This document shows positions 15,816 through 24,611 of a DNA stretch of 30,321 nucleotides, piece by piece (position 1 is the first letter of the stretch; each line of letters begins with the position of its first letter). The position numbers and the translations under genes are program-made. Origin of the DNA: a virus (lineage: Duplodnaviria; Caudoviricetes). The stretch lies in the IMG/VR virus record IMGVR_UViG_3300009151_000255, positions 1-30,321 of that record. The stretch is one strand, 5' to 3'. The notes under the pieces are model-generated. The model searched no databases and was not told the DNA's origin. It saw only the letters and a program-made list of their open reading frames with translations.

Positions 15816-17549
15816 TTGGCACAGCAAAAAACAGCCGAGGGTAAAAAAAGAGATCATACGCTGCGGGATTTTAGCGGCGTAAACACTCAGGCTGCGCGTC
15901 AGGCTATCGAGGATACCGAGTTTTCGTGGCTTGAAAATATCCAGCCCATTGGTCACGGCAACCTCAAATCCGTTCCGTACAGCACCGATACCGGCATCAC
16001 GCTGGCGGCAACTTGCGTGTGGATGAAAGCCGCCAACCTGAACAACGTCGATTACATGATGATGTTCTGCTCTAACGGCGCGGCCTATCAAATCAACTTG
16101 ACCGCCGGATACGCCTCGACAACAATAGGTGCTGCCGGCACGTTCTCGGCCAGCGGCGTTTCGTTTGACCAATGGAACAACACGCTGATCGTAATTGCCG
16201 ATCCCGCGAATGGCATATTTTCTTGGGACGGCACTACGCTGGTCAAAATCAGCGGCAGCTTTGGCATCACGGCCAAGATTGACAACGGCTCGGGCGGCGC
16301 GGGAACGATCCTCAATGTTACGGTAACGGCGGGCGTTCTGGCAATTGGCCAGGTCATCACCGGCGTTGGGGTGTCGGCCAACACCATTATCACGGCTTTC
16401 TTGTCCGGCACCGGCGGCGTTGGAACCTATACGGTCAGCAACTCGCAAAACGTGGCCTCAGAATCAATGACGGCGGCCTCTGCCGCGCCCTCTTTTGGCA
16501 CTGCCGTTGCATCCTACGCGGGTCGCATCTGGATCGCTAACGGGCGAACTGTGACGTTTTCTGCCCCAGGCACCTATACCGACTTCACAACAACCGATTT
16601 TGGCGGCTCATTCACGGTTAATGATTCTACGTTGCACTCCAATATCACTAGCATGATTGCCACAAACGGTTACCTGTATTACACCGGCACCGATTCGTTG
16701 AGCGTGGTATCCGATGTGCGCGTCAGCTCCTCGCCAGCAACGACCCTGTTCTCCAACATCAACCTTGTTACTACGGCGGGAACAAACGCGCCGGATAGCA
16801 TCATTTCGTATTACAGAACTCTGTGGATGGCGAATCCCTCGGGATTCATGGCGGTTACCGGGTCTACCGCGCAGAAGGGCAGCGACAAGCTGGACGGCGT
16901 TTACCCGCTGATTTCCAGCGTCACGAAAGTCTGCGGCGGGGTGGTTGTCATCAACAACATCCTTTGTCTTGCTTATTTCTTCACCTACAACGATCCGGTG
17001 GCCGGCGCTCGACCGCTTTTTGCAATCTTCTTTGGTAAGAAGTGGTTTTTTGCATCACAAGGGTCGGGCCTCACCTTTGCCGCCTCCGCGAGCGTGTCTG
17101 GAACGCAAACGATATTTGCGACCAGCGGCACCAAGCTGTACAAATGCTTCTCCGACACGTCAACGTCAATTGATCAAATTGTACAAACCAAGTTTTGGGA
17201 TTTTGGCGAAAACACGGTATCTGATACGCAAGTGTTAAAGGCCGGCGTGGAGTGCGTTATTCCGGTAGCGCCTGCGTCAATGCAAATTACCATAGACAGC
17301 GAATCCAGTTCTACCGGCGTGAATTTAAGCGGAAACAATACGCAGACATGGGTAAATAACTCAAACATTGTGGTTTCGTGGGTGAACAATTCAAATCAAA
17401 TTGTCCCATGGGTCGTCACTGGATATGTATGGTTCAGGGGCGATGTTTCAAATTACGGCAAATACGCCGGCATGACAATTACAACGTCTGCGCCAGCAGT
17501 AGAACTAAATGCGGCGCAATTACAATATGAATTAAGAGCGAGGTGGTGA
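15816..17549 (+). CDS. Tail tubular protein B / nozzle-like beta-propeller protein
   Basis: 577 aa, TTG start; DFSGVNT...WLENIQP N-terminus and YAGRIWIA repeat-like strands; position after the adaptor gene. Confidence 0.7.
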   Translation: MAQQKTAEGKKRDHTLRDFSGVNTQAARQAIEDTEFSWLENIQPIGHGNLKSVPYSTDTGITLAATCVWMKAANLNNVDYMMMFCSNGAAYQINLTAGYASTTIGAAGTFSASGVSFDQWNNTLIVIADPANGIFSWDGTTLVKISGSFGITAKIDNGSGGAGTILNVTVTAGVLAIGQVITGVGVSANTIITAFLSGTGGVGTYTVSNSQNVASESMTAASAAPSFGTAVASYAGRIWIANGRTVTFSAPGTYTDFTTTDFGGSFTVNDSTLHSNITSMIATNGYLYYTGTDSLSVVSDVRVSSSPATTLFSNINLVTTAGTNAPDSIISYYRTLWMANPSGFMAVTGSTAQKGSDKLDGVYPLISSVTKVCGGVVVINNILCLAYFFTYNDPVAGARPLFAIFFGKKWFFASQGSGLTFAASASVSGTQTIFATSGTKLYKCFSDTSTSIDQIVQTKFWDFGENTVSDTQVLKAGVECVIPVAPASMQITIDSESSSTGVNLSGNNTQTWVNNSNIVVSWVNNSNQIVPWVVTGYVWFRGDVSNYGKYAGMTITTSAPAVELNAAQLQYELRARW

Positions 17550-17550
17550 T

Positions 17551-19362
17551 ATGGCGTTTCCTTATACTTTTGGATCGTTAAGTGGGCCCATTCCTACTGC
17601 ATATTTAGACAGTAATTTTAAGGCTTCGGCGCAGGGATCATTTCTTCAACCGGGAACCGGAGCCGTGACCACCACGGTGCAGTTAAAACTGCAAGAAAGC
17701 GTAAGCGTAAAAGACTTTGGCGCTATTGGTGATGGCGTCACAAATGATACCGCGGCTTTTGTTGCGGCGGCGGCATACATTAACACGCAATCTGGCGGCA
17801 AGTTAATTGTGCCTGCCGGAACGTACCTAGTTGGCAGTCAACTTTTTGCTGGAGCAACCGGCAAAGGCTATTCGTATCAAGGCACCAACGTCTTGTATAT
17901 CAATGGCTGCACAAAACCTGTTGTTATTGAGTTTCAAGGCGCGGTGATGAAGCTGGCCGCAGGGCTGCGTATCGGGTCGTTCAACCCAGTGACGGGTGCC
18001 TCGTATACACCAGGTTCGTTGCCGTTCACCAATGCGGATTACCAAGCTAATCCAGGTTGTTTGATATACCTCAACAACAATGCAAACGTAACAATTTGCG
18101 GTTCAGTAGAACTTGATGGCAACAGCAGCAATCTGGTTGTTGGCGGTCAGTGGGGTGACGCAGGATATCAATGCGTTGCGTATGGCATTTTGTCTTATGG
18201 CTGCGATATTTTGAACATATCCAACGTCTACGCGCACCATCAAGGATTGGACGGTGTGGCTATCGGATACACCGGATTGACCGAAACTTCGCCCATAAAG
18301 CCAACTACGCTAACCAACGTGGTGTGCGACTACAATTCTCGTCAAGGTCTTTCGGTTGTTGGCGCAAACGGGCTTACTGCAATTGGCTGTAAATTCAATA
18401 ACACGGGTAAAGGCGCGTTTTCATCTTCTCCAAGCGCTGGTGTTGATTTAGAAGCCGAAAGCTCAATTATTCGACAAGTCAGTTTTATTGATTGCGAAAT
18501 GGTAAACAATGGCGGCGTTGGGATGGTTGCCGATTCCGGCGACACTTCTGGCGTAACTTTTATTCGCTGTAAATTTATCGGAACAACAAGCTGGGCTATT
18601 TGGCCGCGTAAGCCAAGAATAGCGTTTTATGACTGTTTGATGGTTGGCAGTTCGGTAAACGCATATTCAAGTGCCACCAATCCAGACGACGCAACCAAGT
18701 TTTTTAACTGCAAATTTACTGATCAAAACTCGTTAAGTCCAACGGGCGCAACTTATGACAGTGGTTTTGTTGTGCAGTTTGATACGGTTCCAAATGTATT
18801 GTTAGAGAATTGCACGATTGTGGCAACTAAACAACAAGCGTGTCTTATTTCTGGTGGCGCATACATAAAAAACACCAGTCTCATTATCAGCGCAGGAACT
18901 ACTTATATTGCCAATCAAGGACAAGCTGCCAGCTTTCAATCTTCAACAATTGAAAATCTTTTGGTATACGACCAAATCGTTACCAACATACCAACAGACG
19001 CAATATTTATTTATCTCGCAAACACTAAATTTTTTGGCACAAATTACCTTACCAGCGCGTCAGGCAAAATTAAATGGTGGTCATGGTCTGCTGGCGCTGG
19101 TGGCGCAGGTGGGTATCTTGGTCAAAACAGCCCGACAAACAGACCGTTTAGTGCAATCTCTTTGGCTAAAGGATTGGGCTCAGATCTTGTCGGCTATTAC
19201 GGAACAATCTTAATTGTTGCTGGCACTGCCGCACCGACTACTGGCACATGGGCGGTAGGTGATCGCTGCGTTAACTCGACGCCCGTTGTTGGGCAGCCCA
19301 AAGCATGGGCGTGTACTGTTGCGGGCACACCTGGGACATGGGTATCGGAAGGAAATCTGTGA
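17551..19362 (+). CDS. Tailspike with right-handed beta-helix (pectate-lyase-3-like), putative polysaccharide depolymerase
   Basis: GTGAVTTTVQLKLQESVSVKDFGAIGDGVTNDTAAF, VPAGTYLV, beta-helix rungs (NSRQGLSVV, SAGVDLE) and C-terminal APTTGTWAVGD...GTPGTW. Confidence 0.85.
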   Translation: MAFPYTFGSLSGPIPTAYLDSNFKASAQGSFLQPGTGAVTTTVQLKLQESVSVKDFGAIGDGVTNDTAAFVAAAAYINTQSGGKLIVPAGTYLVGSQLFAGATGKGYSYQGTNVLYINGCTKPVVIEFQGAVMKLAAGLRIGSFNPVTGASYTPGSLPFTNADYQANPGCLIYLNNNANVTICGSVELDGNSSNLVVGGQWGDAGYQCVAYGILSYGCDILNISNVYAHHQGLDGVAIGYTGLTETSPIKPTTLTNVVCDYNSRQGLSVVGANGLTAIGCKFNNTGKGAFSSSPSAGVDLEAESSIIRQVSFIDCEMVNNGGVGMVADSGDTSGVTFIRCKFIGTTSWAIWPRKPRIAFYDCLMVGSSVNAYSSATNPDDATKFFNCKFTDQNSLSPTGATYDSGFVVQFDTVPNVLLENCTIVATKQQACLISGGAYIKNTSLIISAGTTYIANQGQAASFQSSTIENLLVYDQIVTNIPTDAIFIYLANTKFFGTNYLTSASGKIKWWSWSAGAGGAGGYLGQNSPTNRPFSAISLAKGLGSDLVGYYGTILIVAGTAAPTTGTWAVGDRCVNSTPVVGQPKAWACTVAGTPGTWVSEGNL

Positions 19363-19389
19363 TAATCGTTCAAAGACGGGACATAAGTC

Positions 19390-20268
19390 ATGCTAAAAAC
19401 CGTAAGCTCAATCACAAACGCAATCGGCGCTCTGAATTACAAGGGAACGTGGGATGCCAATGCAAATAGTCCAACCATCGTTTCGAGCGTTGGAACGAAA
19501 GGGGATTATTACGTCGTCAGCGTCGCGGGTAGCACGACCATCAACAGCGAATCTTTGTGGGGCGTTGGCGATTGGATTGTTTTTAACGGCTCGATTTGGC
19601 AAAAAATAGATGGCGGGGATACCGGAAACTTTACCGCCGTAACCGCATCCAGTCTCACCTCAGGTCGCGTAACGTATGCCAGCACCGGCGGTTTGTTGGT
19701 TGATTCTGCCGCTCTGACATGGGATGGAACCACACTTTCGGCCACTAAATTCTCGGGCGGTTTCAACGGCACCGTAGGCGCAACCACGCCGACAACGGGA
19801 TCATTTACAACGGTACAAGCCGCAACCACAATGGGTGTCGGAGGCACAACACCTTCCGCGTCTGGTGCTGGGATATCATTCCCGGCAACGCAGTCTGCAT
19901 CGACAGACGCGAATACGTTGGATGATTACGAGGAAGGGACGTGGACGCCAACAGATGCTAGTGGGGCAAGCCTGTCTTTTACTACGGCAAATTGCAGATA
20001 TACAAAAATAGGCCGAGTGGTTGTTATCCAGGGCAATATTACTTATCCTGTAACTGCCAGTGGTGCAGCGGCTCAGTTTACAAGTTTTCCTTTTTCGGCA
20101 GCGGATTCAATTTATTTATCCGTCATTTATAGCGACGCTTCTGTTGCTAGTTTTACTTATTTATCTGGAAACACAACAAACGTATTTTTGTTGATACCCG
20201 GCCTAAACGTAACCAATGCAACAATGAGTGGAAAATTTTTAACATTTTCCGGAACGTATGCCGTTTAA
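19390..20268 (+). CDS. Tail fibre protein
   Basis: N-terminal YKGTWDA..NSP...GDYYVVS...W.VGDWIVFNG..WQK module and C-terminal GISFPATQSAS.DANTLDDYEEGTWTP...YTKIGRVV module common in phage fibres. Confidence 0.8.
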   Translation: MLKTVSSITNAIGALNYKGTWDANANSPTIVSSVGTKGDYYVVSVAGSTTINSESLWGVGDWIVFNGSIWQKIDGGDTGNFTAVTASSLTSGRVTYASTGGLLVDSAALTWDGTTLSATKFSGGFNGTVGATTPTTGSFTTVQAATTMGVGGTTPSASGAGISFPATQSASTDANTLDDYEEGTWTPTDASGASLSFTTANCRYTKIGRVVVIQGNITYPVTASGAAAQFTSFPFSAADSIYLSVIYSDASVASFTYLSGNTTNVFLLIPGLNVTNATMSGKFLTFSGTYAV

Positions 20269-20279
20269 AGGGGAAACAA

Positions 20280-20543
20280 ATGAGCATTACCAAAGAAACC
20301 GTAGTCGATCAGATTACCGTTAATGAAAACGGCATCATCCTTTACCGTGAAGCTACGCGCATCATGGAAGATGGCATCGAACTGACCAAGACCTACCACC
20401 GCAACAGCCTGACGCCAGCGCAAGACTTGACGGGTGTGCCTGAGAAGGTTGTGGCGATCTGCAATACTGCGTGGACAGCGGATGTGATCGAAGCCTATCA
20501 AGCCTCGCTGCCGAAAGTAGAAGATGAACCTGCTCAAGTCTAA
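20280..20543 (+). CDS. Small tail-fibre-associated protein (putative chaperone)
   Basis: 87 aa, KETVVDQITV...REATRI..DG...YHR...V.AICN..WT; typically follows LDDYEEG-type fibres. Confidence 0.65.
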   Translation: MSITKETVVDQITVNENGIILYREATRIMEDGIELTKTYHRNSLTPAQDLTGVPEKVVAICNTAWTADVIEAYQASLPKVEDEPAQV

Positions 20544-20706
20544 AACCGTCTGGTATGCGATCATCATTGCAGTGCTGTCCATCGCGCAAGGCTATATCAA
20601 CCTGCTGCCGATGACGCCGGCGCAGCAAATGTTTGTCGGGATTGCAATCTCGGTGGGCATCGTTATTTTGCGTCTGCTCACTACTCAACCAATTTCGGAG
20701 AAATAA
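20524..20706 (+). CDS. Holin-like two-TM protein
   Basis: 60 aa, two hydrophobic helices, LKSKT N-terminus and LRLLTTQP C-terminus. Confidence 0.6.
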   Translation: MNLLKSKTVWYAIIIAVLSIAQGYINLLPMTPAQQMFVGIAISVGIVILRLLTTQPISEK

Positions 20707-21041
20707 TGGGCACAAACGCATTTTGCCAACTTGGAAATACCATCACTTTCACCGCCAACGTATCCGGCTCGGTGCCAACGCCGGTGCAGGCCGTGTCATA
20801 CGGATTGGGCGGCAATCAATACCGCATCATCAACGCGGGAACTGTAACCGTATTCTTGGCAATTGGCTCGACTGCCGCCGCCGCCACAGCTAACGCGGTT
20901 GTCGTTTCCACGCCTCAAGCGACGGTTCCAATATTGCCAGGAACGGACGAGATTTTGACGTTTACCCCGAACGCATGGTTGACCGGCATCACCAGCTCTG
21001 GAACGGCGGTAATTTACGTAACTCCGGGCGACGGACTGTAG
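20706..21041 (+). CDS. Hypothetical virion protein
   Basis: 111 aa, TAATG coupling, GGAG RBS; C-terminal VYVTPGDG-like motif (IYVTPGDGL). Confidence 0.7.
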   Translation: MGTNAFCQLGNTITFTANVSGSVPTPVQAVSYGLGGNQYRIINAGTVTVFLAIGSTAAAATANAVVVSTPQATVPILPGTDEILTFTPNAWLTGITSSGTAVIYVTPGDGL

Positions 21042-21043
21042 CG

Positions 21044-21388
21044 ATGGATTTAGGCCCGTTTTCTGATTTTACTTATCAGAACACCGCCGCGTGGCAGGAC
21101 TTTTTGTTGCTGAACAATTTATCGCACGAAAACTACAATTTGGCCTTTTCCAGACTTGGCATTGAGATTGCCGCTTACCCATTACTCGACATTGGCGCGA
21201 CAAAGGAAGGCATTAGCGATTGGCTGGAAACGCACTATTTAATGCACAAAAGCCTTGCGGCAAATGCGGGTCTTGGCGAAATACCAGACCTTTCAGACGT
21301 TGAGGTTCACTCAGAAGATGAGTTTTATACTTGGCTTCAGCAACACGCGCAACAGCATCAATCGCTCGACTATGCTTTGAATTTATGA
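21044..21388 (+). CDS. Hypothetical His-rich protein
   Basis: Start at ATG 21044 after GGA; repeated W-L-x-x-H-x-x-x-H motif (WLETHYLMH, WLQQHAQQH). Confidence 0.65.
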   Translation: MDLGPFSDFTYQNTAAWQDFLLLNNLSHENYNLAFSRLGIEIAAYPLLDIGATKEGISDWLETHYLMHKSLAANAGLGEIPDLSDVEVHSEDEFYTWLQQHAQQHQSLDYALNL

Positions 21389-21400
21389 GGGGGCTAACCT

Positions 21401-21859
21401 ATGAAGATTCAAGTGATACCGTACGATCGGAAGTATCGGGCGCAGTCTATTGAGATTGCGCGGGAAATGGTGCGAGATTCAGCCTATGGCGACATGCCGT
21501 TTGACGGCGAGAAAGTCATGGATCAGATCGAAGGGCCGTTTTCGCAGGGAGGGCAGTATTTCTTCAAAATAGCCGTTTTGGGCGACGAGGTGTATGGTGG
21601 CTTTCTCGGCATGGTTTTTCGGTCGCTGTTTTGCGATCAGCTTATTGCTAAAGATATTGGCTGGTGGGTGAAAAAGAGCAAGCGCGGGTCGGCGGCGGCA
21701 ATTGCCCTTCTGCGAGAGTTTGAGGCCTGGGGCGTTGCCTCCGGCGCGGTCAAATTGATGGTTGGGCAGGCCAGCGGAATTGACATTGAAAAAACAACGA
21801 AATTGTATCAACATTGTGGTTATTCGGTGGTTGGTTATAACACCATGAAAAACACGTAA
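21401..21859 (+). CDS. GNAT-family acetyltransferase-like protein
   Basis: WWVKKSKRGSAAAIALL (acetyl-CoA motif A) and KLYQHCGY (motif B). Confidence 0.8.
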   Translation: MKIQVIPYDRKYRAQSIEIAREMVRDSAYGDMPFDGEKVMDQIEGPFSQGGQYFFKIAVLGDEVYGGFLGMVFRSLFCDQLIAKDIGWWVKKSKRGSAAAIALLREFEAWGVASGAVKLMVGQASGIDIEKTTKLYQHCGYSVVGYNTMKNT

Positions 21860-21872
21860 AAAGGAGTCGGAC

Positions 21873-22970
21873 ATGGCTGATTTTGGCGTAGGCGAAGTGG
21901 CTGCCACGGAAGGCGCAAAAGGCGCAGGGGAAGCATTGGCGGCCCCCGCTGCGGCAGAGGCCGTAACCCCGTTTGCTGCCGCGCCAGCCGCCGCTGCCAC
22001 AACTCTGGCTCCGGCTGCGGCGGGCGCTGGCGGCGCGGCGGCACTTGAGGCCGGAACTGCGGCCGCGGAAGGTGCGATTGCTGGCGGCGCTGGAACTCCA
22101 GCCGTTCCGGGCGCGATAGGCGCTGCGGCAGCCGCGCCCGAGATTTCTGCGTCGATTGCGCCGGAAGTCGCGGCGAGCGCTGGCGGCGCTGCCGCCGCGA
22201 CCGATCCGCTGGTTGCCAATCTTGCCAGCACCGGAACTGCGGGATCCGATATTGCGGGCGGCGGTCTTTCTGGCGCCACTGCCGCCCCCTCTGCGGCGGT
22301 TCCAAGCGTAGGCGGTGCGGCCGATTTGGGCGCGGGCGCGGGCGAAGTTGGCGCTCCCGCAGCGCTACCGGAAACATCGCCTTTTTATCCCGCCGGAACG
22401 CAGGCGGCCGCCCCTGTTGCCGAACAAAGCATGCAAACGCCCGATTGGCTTTCCAAAGGAATGGGCGCAATTGCCAACATGAGCCCGAGCACCGCCCTAA
22501 CCGGCGCAGGGCTTGGCCTAAACGCCTACAGTCAAATCGCTGCCCGCAATGCTATGGGTGACATGCAAAAGCAGATTAAAGGCGCTGTAGCCCCCTTGTC
22601 GTCAACTCAGCAGGGTCTTTTGACGCAATACAACAGCGGCCAACTGTCCGCCGCCGATCAGCAGGCAATTCAAGACTATACGGCGGCCAGCAAAGCGCAG
22701 ATTCGCCAGCAATACGCCCAAATGGGCCAAGCCAATTCTCCGCAGATGGCGCAGGCCGAAGCTGCCGTGGATCAGAAGGCCGCCGCAATGATGGATCAAG
22801 CTCTGAAGAATTACCTGACCGAGGCATTGTCGGTTACCGGCGCGATTACCGGCCCGTATGCAGGACTCGCAACGCAACAGATCGCGCAAGATGCGGGCTT
22901 GCAAAATGCGGCGAAAGGCGTGTTTTCCGCGATGGGGGCACAGCAGTCCGGCCGTCCGGCGGGAACTTAG
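21873..22970 (+). CDS. Putative ejection / internal virion protein 1
   Basis: 365 aa, Ala/Gly-rich N-half and Gln/Ala-rich helical C-half; AAGGAG RBS. Confidence 0.65.
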   Translation: MADFGVGEVAATEGAKGAGEALAAPAAAEAVTPFAAAPAAAATTLAPAAAGAGGAAALEAGTAAAEGAIAGGAGTPAVPGAIGAAAAAPEISASIAPEVAASAGGAAAATDPLVANLASTGTAGSDIAGGGLSGATAAPSAAVPSVGGAADLGAGAGEVGAPAALPETSPFYPAGTQAAAPVAEQSMQTPDWLSKGMGAIANMSPSTALTGAGLGLNAYSQIAARNAMGDMQKQIKGAVAPLSSTQQGLLTQYNSGQLSAADQQAIQDYTAASKAQIRQQYAQMGQANSPQMAQAEAAVDQKAAAMMDQALKNYLTEALSVTGAITGPYAGLATQQIAQDAGLQNAAKGVFSAMGAQQSGRPAGT

Positions 22971-22979
22971 GAGTAGGAA

Positions 22980-24611
22980 ATGCCCGATTTCATTCAAGCG
23001 CAACCGCAGCCCTATTACTCGGATTTGGAAAGCCCAACTCCGATTCGACTTGGACAGGGCGCTCAGTCCGCGCTCGGCATCGGGGCGCTTCCCTCCCCGC
23101 TCGATCTTGGGAAGTCGGGTCAAAACGCCCCGGCGTTGTTGCAAAAAAAGAATGAAGCGGTTGATGCTCAGATCAGGGCTAAAGAATTGGAACGAACAGC
23201 TCAATCCAAGCTGCTGACCGAGGGCATCCACGCCTCGCAAAAAGAATTGCAACAAAAACTAAAGACGGGGCCGGAAACGGAGAAAATACCCGATCAAATC
23301 AAATTTACGCCAACCGACATTCAGCAAACAATGGGCGGTTTACTGGCTTTGGCCGCACTTTCCGGATTGGCGTCAAGGCAACCTTTGACCGCATCGTTGA
23401 ACGCGATGGCGGGAATGATTCAAGGTGTTCGTGAGGGCGACGAAACTCGCTTTCAAAGATCGTTCAAGGAATACGATCAAAACTTGAAAACGGTTCTTGC
23501 CAAAAACAAGCAATACGAAAACGAATTCAATCGCATCGTCAAATCCGAAGAATTAAGCATCACGCAAAAAGCCGAGGAACTGCGTCTGCTTAACGTGCAA
23601 TTTGATCGCCAGGTGGCGCAGGTTGCGGGGCAGAAAGTTGACTACAGGAACATGCTTGATTTAGGCATGAAGTCAATAAAGGCCACGACTGACGCCGAGC
23701 TAAAACTTGAAAGCATTAAGGCGAGGGCTCAAGCGGCGGCGCAAGCGTCTGCTGACCGTAGGTATACGGCAGACTTGGCGGCCCAAACAAGGCAGGCGGC
23801 GATAGCTGCTCGACCCGGAGCGGCGACAAGAGAACCAAAGACCGAAGAAGGAAAAAATTTGTGGGCGCAAATGGTCGCCAACGGAACCGCCCCCGCTGGA
23901 GGTCGATACATGAACGGCGAAGTGTTTGATCGGATGGCGGCGTCCGGAGTTACGGCGCAAAGCATAAGCACTGGCCGGGCTGGATTAAAGTCGGATCAAT
24001 CATCCTTAACCAAAGCAACGCAAAAATCCGATGCGCTTCATGCAACCCTAAATTCATTTCATAACAACATTCAAACGTGGGAATCAATTGCAGAAGGTGA
24101 AGCCCCGAAACTTGGCGGCGCGAAAATTGCCGAGCTTGGGGATAAAATGCAAAAGCTGGATTTCTCAAAATACACGACCTATAACGACGCTTTGATAAAG
24201 GTCAAAACCCTTACGAGTGATCCTGCCGCCGCCGCATATATTACCGCCGCAATGACCGTCGCTATGGACTATGCGCGGATTATGGCAAGTCAAGGCCAGT
24301 CTGCCGGACAGATCGCAGAAGGCGCTCGAAACGAGGCAATAAACCTGATAAAGGCCGGCTACAACAAAGACGCAAGGCAGGCAATGATTGGCGTTTTGGA
24401 GTCCGATACCGAGGGTCAGTTGAAGGGCGTCACAGATCAGCAAAATGAGATTTTGGAGAGGATTGCCCGCCGAGCGGCGACCTCAGCCCCAAAGCCCGTC
24501 GCCGCTGCTGCCGCCGCAAGCAATGATCCCGCGCCACCAAAAGAAAGCCGGGTGGCAGGGCAAACCAAGTGGCGGGGTCATACTTGGGATGGAACTGGAT
24601 GGGTTGAATAA
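22980..24611 (+). CDS. Putative ejection / internal virion protein 2
   Basis: 543 aa, coiled-coil-rich, C-terminal WDGTGW motif. Confidence 0.65.
   Translation: MPDFIQAQPQPYYSDLESPTPIRLGQGAQSALGIGALPSPLDLGKSGQNAPALLQKKNEAVDAQIRAKELERTAQSKLLTEGIHASQKELQQKLKTGPETEKIPDQIKFTPTDIQQTMGGLLALAALSGLASRQPLTASLNAMAGMIQGVREGDETRFQRSFKEYDQNLKTVLAKNKQYENEFNRIVKSEELSITQKAEELRLLNVQFDRQVAQVAGQKVDYRNMLDLGMKSIKATTDAELKLESIKARAQAAAQASADRRYTADLAAQTRQAAIAARPGAATREPKTEEGKNLWAQMVANGTAPAGGRYMNGEVFDRMAASGVTAQSISTGRAGLKSDQSSLTKATQKSDALHATLNSFHNNIQTWESIAEGEAPKLGGAKIAELGDKMQKLDFSKYTTYNDALIKVKTLTSDPAAAAYITAAMTVAMDYARIMASQGQSAGQIAEGARNEAINLIKAGYNKDARQAMIGVLESDTEGQLKGVTDQQNEILERIARRAATSAPKPVAAAAAASNDPAPPKESRVAGQTKWRGHTWDGTGWVE

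Noticed and set aside
19390-20268. Diversity-generating retroelement target in the tail fibre
   Set aside because: No template/variable repeat pair or reverse transcriptase is visible in the window.
22968-22982. TAG recoding suggested by in-frame TAG GAG TAG GAA ATG
   Set aside because: All major genes are full length under the standard code, and these TAGs are part of AGGAG/AGGA ribosome-binding sites.
21479-23255. Long antisense ORFs (266, 211 and 217 aa)
   Set aside because: Shadows of GC-rich Ala/Gly codons of the plus-strand ejection genes.
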